The notes beneath the pieces were generated by a model, which searched no databases, was not told the DNA's origin, and was given only the letters and a program-made list of their open reading frames with translations. Below are positions 11,167 through 19,403 of a stretch of DNA of 64,000 nt, in pieces. Origin of the DNA: an uncultured virus (IMG/VR IMGVR_UViG_2850711898_000002) (taxonomy: Duplodnaviria; Heunggongvirae; Uroviricota; Caudoviricetes). The translations under genes were made by a program, and so were the position numbers. The stretch lies in IMG/VR virus record IMGVR_UViG_2850711898_000002. One strand, 5' to 3'. Numbering within the stretch: position 1 is the first letter of the stretch; each line of letters begins with the position of its first letter.

Positions 11167-11673
11167 ATGCGGCATTTTGTCTATATTAACTGGCACAAGG
11201 AAGTGAATGCCTATACCTTGGAAAATCATAAAGAAAATGAAGATTATTTCATTGGTTATGTTTCTCAGAAAAAACGCGTCATTACTTTTCGCAAAGATAG
11301 AATTATTAAAGAATTTGTAAATTTTGATGATGCTCAACATTATGCTGAAAATTTGCCTGAAGAAATCTTTACTCAATTCGATCAGAAACTCAATGCTATT
11401 AAGCGTATCCCATCTAAACCTATTCAACATCCTCTCACTTTTTGCTTTACTGGTTTTAGCAAAGCTCAGAAACAAGCATTAATAGATTTAACAACACAAG
11501 TTGGCTTGCGTGCAATTCAGGATGTTACATCAAAATGTGATTATCTTGTGATGTGCGAGAACTCTAAAACAATCGGCCCATCAAAACGCGCAAAAGCTGA
11601 ATCGCTAGGCGTGAAATTAATTTTTGAGAACCAATTTTTTCATTTGATTGAAACTGGGGAGATACCGCAATGA
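11167..11673 (+). CDS. WYL-like + BRCT domain protein
   Basis: N-terminal Y...TFRKDRI (WYL-like); C-terminal FCFTGF...DVTSKCDYLV...GPSKRAKA..LGV (BRCT). Confidence 0.75.
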   Translation: MRHFVYINWHKEVNAYTLENHKENEDYFIGYVSQKKRVITFRKDRIIKEFVNFDDAQHYAENLPEEIFTQFDQKLNAIKRIPSKPIQHPLTFCFTGFSKAQKQALIDLTTQVGLRAIQDVTSKCDYLVMCENSKTIGPSKRAKAESLGVKLIFENQFFHLIETGEIPQ

Positions 11674-11909
11674 AAAAATTGCTCTTAATTCTAACCGCAC
11701 TTTCCCTTGCTGTATCACCTGCAGTATTTGCTAAGGCACACAAAAAATCAAATTCTGAATCAGAACAGCAATTCAGTTGTAATGATGGAAAGCGAATATG
11801 TGGAGATATGGAAAGTTGCGATGATGCAATGTTTCATCTTAAACAATGTGGTATGAAAAAGCTTGATCGCGATCGTGATGGCGTGCCTTGTGAGAGTATT
11901 TGTGGATAG
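11670..11909 (+). CDS. secreted Excalibur calcium-binding domain protein
   Basis: Signal peptide and LDRDRDGVPCE motif. Confidence 0.85.
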   Translation: MKKLLLILTALSLAVSPAVFAKAHKKSNSESEQQFSCNDGKRICGDMESCDDAMFHLKQCGMKKLDRDRDGVPCESICG

Positions 11910-11934
11910 GGTTTAAAGCGGTCAATCGACTGCT

Positions 11935-13128
11935 TTATTTTTTCTCTTTTTTCACTTCCACTTCATCATCTTCCACTTTCAGTTCACATTCAATTTGACT
12001 GGTAAAGCCAGCGTCTGAAAGATTGTGCGTTACTCTAGTGATAAGCCAATTCGTTGCATCAATTTCTGCTTTAAAGCCTGAAAACTCAATGGGCGTTTCG
12101 GGGATTAAATCGGGTTCGCCAAAGGCAAGATTTAGGTTAAATGTTGCCACGCCTCGTTTGAGTTTATCAAAGGCGGATTTGGCAGCAGTGATAGCTCTCG
12201 CTTCTGAAGGATAAGTAACACGAAGATTTTTAATTTTATCGTTGTCACTTTCCACAGGGGCTTTTTGTTCAATGGTGTTATATCTTCTTTTCGTTAATCG
12301 TCTGCCCTTTACTGTACCATCTACTAGCGTTCTACCTTTCGTCATTCGCTGTTTTTTTACAATCTTAGTATTTTTATCTACGATAATTTCGCCACGTTTG
12401 CCTGTGTCCGTATCGTGCCAATACACCCGCACGGCTTTATAGTTTTCACTTTCGGCAATGGAGAAAGTGTAGCTGTCACCACTTTTGCGAGTGATTTTTC
12501 GTAGTGGAATCGGCTTGCCTGAGGCTGTTTTGCCTTGTCCTAGTGGCATAAATAATAGCGTGCCATTTTTAACGGTGCACATCGCCCCGTGTTCTTCTGC
12601 CAGTCGGCTTAATAGATTAATGTCGCTTTCGTTGGTTTGGTCAATGTGTGCGATAAACGTATTTGCTAGTTTTTTCTCACACTGGCTTTTGAGTTGGTTT
12701 TCTTTGGCGATAGTATCAATAATTTCGCCCAACGTTTTTTTATCAAATGACCGCTCTTTTTGTTCGGAAAATGAGCCTTTTAAATCTGCAGCTCTTGCCC
12801 GAATGGTGAGCTTATCAGCAGAAGAGCCCCCGCCTGAAAACTGTACTTCATCGACAGAATATTGCCCTTTGTCAATTAGCGGCTTGCCTTTCCAACCAAG
12901 TGCAAGGCTGATTGTAGCATTGCGTGGCGGTAAGGCGAGTTTGCCGTCATGATCGGATAATTCTAAGTCGAGTGTGTCCGCTTCCAATCCGCGATTATCG
13001 GTCAAAGACAGGTTGACGAATCGGCTTGATACCACTTGTGTGATGTCTTGCTGTTTTTTGTCTTTCGTGGTGATCTGCACTTTAAAAGCGGGCGTGCGGT
13101 GATTGTCGTTAAGATTTAAATCAAACAT
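11935..13128 (-). CDS. P2 gpD-like tail/baseplate hub protein
   Basis: LTDNRGLEADTLDLELSD, HIDQTNESD. Confidence 0.92.
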   Translation of the reverse strand: MFDLNLNDNHRTPAFKVQITTKDKKQQDITQVVSSRFVNLSLTDNRGLEADTLDLELSDHDGKLALPPRNATISLALGWKGKPLIDKGQYSVDEVQFSGGGSSADKLTIRARAADLKGSFSEQKERSFDKKTLGEIIDTIAKENQLKSQCEKKLANTFIAHIDQTNESDINLLSRLAEEHGAMCTVKNGTLLFMPLGQGKTASGKPIPLRKITRKSGDSYTFSIAESENYKAVRVYWHDTDTGKRGEIIVDKNTKIVKKQRMTKGRTLVDGTVKGRRLTKRRYNTIEQKAPVESDNDKIKNLRVTYPSEARAITAAKSAFDKLKRGVATFNLNLAFGEPDLIPETPIEFSGFKAEIDATNWLITRVTHNLSDAGFTSQIECELKVEDDEVEVKKEKK

Positions 13129-13565
13129 TAAAGGCTACTCATTAAACTCTCTGCAATGGCGATTAACATTGGGTCATCAGTGCGTTTTAAGCTCATACTG
13201 AAATCAATCGCACGAGGTGCACCATCGCCAAAAAACTCTGTTCGGGTTTCTTGTACGCTTTCGATTACAAAAAAACCGATAATTTCAAAGGTTGCTCCAT
13301 CAATTAGCGGAAATGCACCGCCACTGTCTGCCATTAATTCCAGGGCTTTAATAGAAAACCTACCGCCAGTGATTTCTGGGATTAATCTACCACTAATTGT
13401 CACGGTTTCGCTTTCTTTACCGGTAAATTGTGTTTTTGGCATTGCCCCGACAATGGTATTGGTTGGATGTCGCCAATTTGATGTGCGGTCTAAACTTTGA
13501 AAAGGTATGGTTTGCCGAGTGAACACAAACGTGCCCAATGTGGCAAGTGCGAAGCTTTGGAACAT
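13128..13565 (-). CDS. P2 gpU-like tail protein
   Basis: LGTFVF, WRHPTN, FFGDGAPRAIDF. Confidence 0.9.
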   Translation of the reverse strand: MFQSFALATLGTFVFTRQTIPFQSLDRTSNWRHPTNTIVGAMPKTQFTGKESETVTISGRLIPEITGGRFSIKALELMADSGGAFPLIDGATFEIIGFFVIESVQETRTEFFGDGAPRAIDFSMSLKRTDDPMLIAIAESLMSSL

Positions 13566-13726
13566 TATTTTTCTTCCTTAATTTTGACTGTCATTAATGC
13601 CAATAAAACATCAATAAAAATAATCCAACCCCACCCGTTAATGTTGTGGTACATCAAAAATGTGGCATAACCCGTTACAGTAATGATTGACAAAAAATAT
13701 AAAAAGAAGATTAGAATTGATTTCAT
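13565..13726 (-). CDS. 53-aa membrane protein (not in ORF track)
   Basis: MKSILIFFLYFLSIITVTGYATFLMYHNINGWGWIIFIDVLLALMTVKIKEEK; AGGA RBS; TAATG overlap with gpU. Confidence 0.65.
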   Translation of the reverse strand: MKSILIFFLYFLSIITVTGYATFLMYHNINGWGWIIFIDVLLALMTVKIKEEK

Positions 13727-13741
13727 GTTCTATCCTAAAGA

Positions 13742-13781
13742 AAAGTGCGGTCAAAAAATCTCGTGATTTATGACCGCACTT
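13742..13781. repeat. inverted pair of DNA uptake sequences (hairpin)
   Basis: AAGTGCGGTCA ... TGACCGCACTT. Confidence 0.8.
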
Positions 13782-13787
13782 GATGAA

Positions 13788-13913
13788 TTAGCGAAAGAGA
13801 AATGCAATGCCGAAAATCACAAGCAACCAAAAGGTGATGGAAAGAATAAAGATTCCACGCCATACAATATGCCGTGGCATATTTAATAAATAATCAATCA
13901 GTTTCTGTTTCAT
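13788..13913 (-). CDS. 41-aa membrane protein (not in ORF track)
   Basis: MKQKLIDYLLNMPRHIVWRGIFILSITFWLLVIFGIAFLFR, overlaps end of E'. Confidence 0.55.
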   Translation of the reverse strand: MKQKLIDYLLNMPRHIVWRGIFILSITFWLLVIFGIAFLFR

Positions 13914-14339
13914 TTCGTTCTCTTGCTTTTTCTCGCCATTGCATTAATTCGGAAAATGTCATTTGCTCAAAGGCTTGTGGTTGCCAGTGGAAGATGATGG
14001 CAATGTCTGCCATGGCATCTTCCACTGTTGCGGCAATCATTACTCGGTCGCTTCGGTTTCCACTTCCGAGTTCTTCCCTAAAAAACCGACAGCCGCCGCA
14101 GCAAGCTCGGTAAAATCAGCAACTTCCATTGTGACAAAATCAGATTTATGCAAAACAGGGGTAGTCACACGTACAAGTAAAACTTGTAATGCGTCCACAT
14201 CCATTTGCAACACATCAAACATTTTTAAACCTTTTAATGCGGGCACAGTCGGTTTATTGACGGTGATTTCCGTGATTTGGTTTTCGCCACGAGTAATAGG
14301 GTTGGTTAAGCTAATGATTTTGGTGTTTTCTGTTTTCAT
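13894..14339 (-). CDS. tail assembly chaperone gpE (14040-14339) and -1 frameshift extension E+E'
   Basis: Slippery GGTTTTTTA at ~14079-14087; -1 frame reads ...VEDAMADIAIIFHWQPQAFEQMTFSELMQWREKA, stop at 13894. Confidence 0.85.
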
Positions 14340-14422
14340 TTTATGTTTCCTTTAAAATCCCTCTTTTTTGTAAAGCGGGGGAAATTTAATAAAAGCCCCT
14401 TTCGGGGCAAGGTGTGTGTGAA

Positions 14423-14929
14423 TTAAATGCCGATTGATGCGCGATGCTCTGCGAGACGATCAACCCCGCCGACAATGAAAACGGAATTGATTAAGTCAAT
14501 TTCCACGAGGTCTTTGCCGTTTTCGATGATTTTGTAGTAGGTTAATGGCACGGTGTAGCTTTGTTCGGTGTCATCGCCTGATTTACTGGTGCCGTTGTCA
14601 ATCTCACCGAAACGACCGCGCATGACCAGTTCGATTGAAACCACTTCTTCGGTGTCGTCTTGTTGATAGGCTCCCGCAAAACGTAATGCTGTGCCGTCAA
14701 TTTTTCCGCCAAATTCTTTGATAAGTTCGGTCATATAACCGCCCATCTTGAATTGTGCTTCCAAGCCTTCTACACCTAAATTCACTTTTACTGGACCAAA
14801 CATGCCGCCTGCACGGTATTCTTCCAGTTTCAAGGCTAATTTAGGTTGGGTGATTTCGGTGACTTGACCACGGTAAGAATTACCGTCAGCCAAAAAATTC
14901 ATTAATTTGAGTTTACGAGGTAATGCCAT
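14423..14929 (-). CDS. tail tube protein (FII)
   Basis: MALPRKLK...EEYRAGGM. Confidence 0.95.
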   Translation of the reverse strand: MALPRKLKLMNFLADGNSYRGQVTEITQPKLALKLEEYRAGGMFGPVKVNLGVEGLEAQFKMGGYMTELIKEFGGKIDGTALRFAGAYQQDDTEEVVSIELVMRGRFGEIDNGTSKSGDDTEQSYTVPLTYYKIIENGKDLVEIDLINSVFIVGGVDRLAEHRASIGI

Positions 14930-14932
14930 TTT

Positions 14933-16117
14933 TTACGCTCCTACTTTTGCAATGTTTGCGGCAAATTCCACAAGGTATTCATCGCTGATGTATTGGTTGA
15001 AACCAAGTTGTTCTAACGGTGGAACAGGGCAGTAATCATAAGACACAAGCAATTTTGCATCTTTTAAGGTTGCGGCAGTATTAAGGTTGGCATTGATAAA
15101 TGCTTTACCGCCGATTAAATAACCTTGCGCCACATATTCACGCCATTTTGCGTTGATTGCTTCCACGATTTCTTTCACAAGATTCACGGAGATGTCTTTA
15201 TCCATCGCCCAGTCAAAGGATTGTGCAATGGTGTCTTTCAAGACTTGTGCCGTGCGAGTGTAGTTTTCGTAGATAAATAATTTATCTGCCGAACGAGTGC
15301 GTAATCCCCAGAACTTAAAGCCATTGTGGTTTACACAACAAGTAATGCCCTGTTCGTTGAGATAGTTCACGTCGGTTGCACTGTCGTTAATATCGAAAGA
15401 AAGCGGCTTAGTGACGCCAGTCACGCCAGTTAAACCTTTGTTTGAAATTGAAGTATGCCAGCCGTATTCTTTGTCTTGATATGCACGCATTGCAGCTGCA
15501 CGAACAACGGCATAATCCACTTCGGTTTGCTTGGTGTTTGGGTTAAACGACAAGAAATCACCGAAAATCAGCATTAATTCACGTTGTGAGAAATTGCGAC
15601 CGTATGTCACTGCTTCTTCTTTGGTTTTTGCTGTTCCGCAAGAGGCATACACAAAGCCATTGAGTTTTTTCGCTACGCTTAAAAGCTCGGTGGTCACATC
15701 TTGGCTGTCATATTTCGGGATACAGAAAATACGAGGTTTGACACCACAAACTGCAGCAGACACGAGGAACGCTTTTAAGCCAGTGTAATTGCCTTCGTTA
15801 TCGACTGAACCGATCACATTGGCTTTCATGGTGCTTTCATCATCGTTTTCTTCTACACGAATGACGACAACTTTACAATTCACAATGTCCGCAATGCCAT
15901 CTAGCGCACGAGATAGCGTGCCTTTTTTACCTGCTTTGGCTTGCATTTCGGCTGTGATGCCAGTTAAAAGAGTGGGTTTGTTGAGTGGGAAAACCGATGC
16001 ATCTGCATCTGGTGCGGTTGCCACTAAACCGATAACTGCAGTGGATGATGTAGTGAGTGTTCGTAAGGCTTCGGAAATTTCCGTTACCTTGACCCCATGG
16101 AGATATTCATCTGTCAT
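14933..16117 (-). CDS. tail sheath protein (FI)
   Basis: YLHGVKV...STAVIGLV, GFKFWG.RT, YDYCPVPPLE. Confidence 0.95.
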   Translation of the reverse strand: MTDEYLHGVKVTEISEALRTLTTSSTAVIGLVATAPDADASVFPLNKPTLLTGITAEMQAKAGKKGTLSRALDGIADIVNCKVVVIRVEENDDESTMKANVIGSVDNEGNYTGLKAFLVSAAVCGVKPRIFCIPKYDSQDVTTELLSVAKKLNGFVYASCGTAKTKEEAVTYGRNFSQRELMLIFGDFLSFNPNTKQTEVDYAVVRAAAMRAYQDKEYGWHTSISNKGLTGVTGVTKPLSFDINDSATDVNYLNEQGITCCVNHNGFKFWGLRTRSADKLFIYENYTRTAQVLKDTIAQSFDWAMDKDISVNLVKEIVEAINAKWREYVAQGYLIGGKAFINANLNTAATLKDAKLLVSYDYCPVPPLEQLGFNQYISDEYLVEFAANIAKVGA

Positions 16118-16186
16118 AATGTTAGCCCTGTTGTTGAGATAGGGCTATTTTGTAAGGATTTAAAAGCTAGTGGTAGCGACTGGCGT

Positions 16187-16205
16187 TGTAGTATTTAAAC
16201 TAACA
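16187..16205. promoter_or_regulatory. late promoter activator site (pF) TGT-N13-ACA
   Basis: Same dyad and spacing at 24389-24407 and 33491-33509. Confidence 0.65.
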
Positions 16206-16274
16206 AAGGGCAGTTAGGTAGAGTTGGACGGATAAAAACGGCAGAATTATCCGCCGTTTTAATTTGAAAAACAA

Positions 16275-16431
16275 TTACTGTATTTTTGATAACTTATTAA
16301 ATCGTGCATCGTGCTGTTTGCCTAAAACCTCACTTTCATAAGCTGTTTTGCAGTGATTGCGGTCAAAGAAAATGCCGTTGATTAAACGATATAACACTCG
16401 CCAGCGTTTTTTCGGGTTTTCCGCTAATATT
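16275..16431 (-). pseudogene. 5'-truncated phage gene fragment
   Basis: Open frame ILAENPKKRWRVLYRLINGIFFDRNHCKTAYESEVLGKQHDARFNKLSKIQ* with no start codon; breaks at the repeat block beginning 16432. Confidence 0.55.
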
Positions 16432-16513
16432 TATAAGTTCGCAAAACTTTTTGCATAAAGTTGGGATTTATTTTGCATAAGCGTTTTAGTATTATGCAAA
16501 ATAAATCACAGAT
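16432..16513. repeat. three 22-bp-spaced repeats (two direct, one inverted), Mu-end-like
   Basis: 16437-16458 and 16459-16480 both end TTTTGCATAA; GATTTATTTTGCATAA (16465-16480) is perfectly inverted at 16492-16507. Confidence 0.6.
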
Positions 16514-16798
16514 TAAACCTAGACAAAAAACGCCCTTTAAATCATCATTAAAGGGCGTTTAAATTTTACACTTTAGATAAACCCGCACAACATAACCGTT
16601 CCTAAAAAAGCAAGATAATTTCCTTTTCTTGTTTTTTCATTTAATGAAATGGCATTACATATCTGCACTTATTTAGCCGTCCATACATCCCCAGTCTAAT
16701 TCGACCGCAGTCAGTCGTTTTGCCGCAATGATGACTTGCTATGCCTGCCGAAGAGAGTAATCCTGTGACCAACTTAAACAAGCATAGGAAACCACAAA

Positions 16799-17062
16799 AT
16801 GACAAACTTTAGAATGAGAACCGAGCAAGAAATGATGATGGAATTAGCCCTTGTTGCCGTGAAAGAACACGACGGTTTTATTGCGGACGGTTCGCAATAT
16901 TCACTGCCTAACGAATGCGGGCAAACTTTTGTCTATAACACGGCATTTTTAGATGTGCGTTTTGTGGAAGACGGACGCAAAGATTGCGTGGTGAGATTTA
17001 CGTCCACGCTCGCCCCTTTCGCCCCACCGTTTTATTGTTTGCTTTCCGAATTAGAAGACTAA
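16799..17062 (+). CDS. hypothetical protein (moron-like)
   Basis: AGGA RBS, followed by terminator. Confidence 0.6.
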   Translation: MTNFRMRTEQEMMMELALVAVKEHDGFIADGSQYSLPNECGQTFVYNTAFLDVRFVEDGRKDCVVRFTSTLAPFAPPFYCLLSELED

Positions 17063-17065
17063 AAC

Positions 17066-17095
17066 AAAGGCTTCGTGATCACGCGAAGCCTTTTT
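17066..17095. terminator. bidirectional intrinsic terminator
   Basis: AAAGGCTTCG...CGAAGCCTTTTT. Confidence 0.8.
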
Positions 17096-17100
17096 CATAG

Positions 17101-17946
17101 CTAAAATTTATAGACTAAATTGTCCTCGTACGCCACTTGGTAGTTCAGCTTGGCATTGACCGTAATCCGCTCGGCATTCTCAAATGCCTGCCAATTATCC
17201 ACCTTATCTTCCAGCATATAATTCACAAAGCGAATAAACTCCGACTTCGTCGAGCTAAAGAACACATACGGTGGTCGCGTAATATTGACCAGTCGCAAGA
17301 AATCAATCAAATCAAAATAGGTGGCTTGTTTGTAGCTTTCCTGCTTGGTGCAAAGGTAAGGCGGATCTAACACAAATAACGCTTTCGGATCATTGCTAAA
17401 CTTAGGCAAAAGCGTGTGGAATGATTCTTTCACAATCTCTACGCCATCCAAATACCCCTCTGCACCAGGGTAATCGCTTAACCGCACACAATGCCAGAAA
17501 TCTTTTCGGTAGAGTTCTTCCAATGAGCCGACTTGCTGACCGCTGAACAGCAACCAACTCGCCAAACAATTTAAGTCTTTATAACCTTGAAATTCATCAA
17601 TGATTTGGATGATTTCTGCCTTTAACGACTTTGGTAAACGCTTATTTTTCGGCGTAGTGTTACCAATTTTTGCAAAGATTTGTGCACGTAAGGCATTGGT
17701 GTCATCAATATGCACTAACCTTTCCGCATAGCCATCAAAATCATTGTAAATCACATGTGCTTTGGGTTTCATTACTTTGGCTGCGTGGCTTAATAAGCCC
17801 GAGCCGCCGAATGTATCAATAATCGTCCAGCCTTCGCCATCACCTTTAATATTCTCATTTAAAACTGTTTCAAAATGTTTAAGAAACATTCGTTTTTGTC
17901 CGATAAACGGCAATGGGGCTTGTTTAAAGGTATTTTGATTTGCCAT
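17101..17946 (-). CDS. Hia5/Hin1523-like DNA adenine methyltransferase (probably sequence non-specific)
   Basis: DTFGGSG SAM motif, DPPY catalytic motif; N- and C-termini match my recollection of Hia5. Confidence 0.85.
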   Translation of the reverse strand: MANQNTFKQAPLPFIGQKRMFLKHFETVLNENIKGDGEGWTIIDTFGGSGLLSHAAKVMKPKAHVIYNDFDGYAERLVHIDDTNALRAQIFAKIGNTTPKNKRLPKSLKAEIIQIIDEFQGYKDLNCLASWLLFSGQQVGSLEELYRKDFWHCVRLSDYPGAEGYLDGVEIVKESFHTLLPKFSNDPKALFVLDPPYLCTKQESYKQATYFDLIDFLRLVNITRPPYVFFSSTKSEFIRFVNYMLEDKVDNWQAFENAERITVNAKLNYQVAYEDNLVYKF

Positions 17947-17975
17947 AGTTTTTCCTTTCTATTCTATGGCGTTCC

Positions 17976-17991
17976 GATGCTCAAGGCATTC
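17976..17991 (-). promoter_or_regulatory. putative Com-binding RNA hairpin GAAUGCCUUGAGCAUC
   Basis: AUGC/GCAU stem 30 nt upstream of the MTase start; resembles recalled Mu site GAAUGCCUGCGAGCAUCCC. Confidence 0.65.
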
Positions 17992-18007
17992 TGACACTCA
18001 AATCAAA

Positions 18008-18127
18008 TTAACGTGTAGTATTAACGGTTTTGCAACGAGGGCATTTGATTTCTAAATAACCAACTATCCCCACTTTTGCCAATAATTTGTTACAAAATGT
18101 GCAACGGATTGCTTTAATTGACTGCAT
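18008..18127 (-). CDS. com: Mu Com-like zinc-finger translational activator (39 aa, not in ORF track)
   Basis: MQSIKAIRCTFCNKLLAKVGIVGYLEIKCPRCKTVNTTR; AGGAG RBS. Confidence 0.88.
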   Translation of the reverse strand: MQSIKAIRCTFCNKLLAKVGIVGYLEIKCPRCKTVNTTR

Positions 18128-18302
18128 ATATTTCTCCTAATCAAAAGATTTGTTACAATCCGCCCGCCTTGCGCAAGGTAGGCGGCGTATGGCTATATGC
18201 AGGCTCGTTCTGCGTAGCTGGTAACAACGAGCATTCCCAGTGCCGTTGTTATCGCCGTCTTTTCTTTATTGAATTAAACTTTGTGCAGGGTAAACGCTCC
18301 TT

Positions 18303-18791
18303 TTAACTTTTCTCTTTATTAAATATAGCCGCTAGTTGATTTGGACTAAACCGCCAACCGCTCTCTCCACCGAGAATCGCATTAAAACACCATTCGCTAC
18401 AAAAATACTTAGAGCGTTTTTGTTTGATGCCAAGCACGATTCCTAGCGCGCCCCACCAGTCGTATTTACATCCCAAAGTGCGGCTAAAATAGGCTTTGAT
18501 TTGTTCCTCAGTAACATCGTTGAGTGGGATTAAATCCCATTTTTCTCTATCATAAACATCAATTTGCTTGCAACGTACACCGCCGTCTTGCACTGATGAT
18601 GAGTAACAATCCCATACGGTGTGATGTTCGTAATGATGCCCATTGGTAAACTCAATGCGTTGCACGGCAATTTCGCAGTGTGAATAACCGCCTTTCGTGA
18701 AAAATCGAGTAATGCGGTCGGCGATTGCTTTAACTGGCTCTTTGCACCAGTCTCGTTTGTGCTTGTACATCGCCAAATAAACCTTAGCCAT
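18303..18791 (-). CDS. permuted papain-like (NlpC/P60-type) protein
   Basis: YSHCE histidine precedes YFCSEW cysteine, KYDW motif. Confidence 0.65.
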   Translation of the reverse strand: MAKVYLAMYKHKRDWCKEPVKAIADRITRFFTKGGYSHCEIAVQRIEFTNGHHYEHHTVWDCYSSSVQDGGVRCKQIDVYDREKWDLIPLNDVTEEQIKAYFSRTLGCKYDWWGALGIVLGIKQKRSKYFCSEWCFNAILGGESGWRFSPNQLAAIFNKEKS

Positions 18792-19392
18792 TTTGGTATG
18801 CATCCATCAAGTTATCCATTTGTTTGATAATGTCATCATGGATTGATTGCATTTGCTCAATCGTGAGATTAGGAGCTTTGAGCTCATACTTGCGCATACG
18901 TTGGTTGGCAAGCTCCATTTGTAGTTTTTTCAAGCCTGCCGCCTGCGTCAAAATCAGGTTTGTGGCGGTCTTATTATCCAGTCTTGCGTGTTGCGCGAAA
19001 TCTGAGATATAACGACTGCACTCGCCTTCATAATTTGCGGCTTTAAAGGCTTCTGCGGCAGCTTCTCGCTCCTTATACTCTTCGGCAAACCTTGTCCATC
19101 TTGCACTAATGTTAGCCGCTGTATCATCAATGCTATCAACTAAATTTTTAATGAGTTTACGCTTAATTTCAGTTTTCTTTTTTTCATCAATAACCCAAGT
19201 GATTCCGTTCCATTTGTGTAATTCTGTTGGTTGTCTATCAACTATAATGTATTGACTTTTAAAATAAATAAGTTGTTTAGTCTCAAGCTCTGATTCGTTT
19301 TCTACTTCCATTTCCACAAAATCATTTAAGTTTTGCGGAATAGGGAAAATTTGATAACTATTCAAATTTTCTTTTAAAAAATAGACTTTCAT
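18784..19392 (-). CDS. tail fibre assembly-like protein
   Basis: Directly downstream of fibre; HKWNGITWVID motif. Confidence 0.6.
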   Translation of the reverse strand: MKVYFLKENLNSYQIFPIPQNLNDFVEMEVENESELETKQLIYFKSQYIIVDRQPTELHKWNGITWVIDEKKKTEIKRKLIKNLVDSIDDTAANISARWTRFAEEYKEREAAAEAFKAANYEGECSRYISDFAQHARLDNKTATNLILTQAAGLKKLQMELANQRMRKYELKAPNLTIEQMQSIHDDIIKQMDNLMDAYQNG

Positions 19393-19403
19393 TTAACGCT
19401 CCT

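Noticed and set aside
16275..19400. Gin/Cin-type invertible tail-fibre segment
   Set aside because: No serine invertase and no inverted alternative fibre C-terminus seen.
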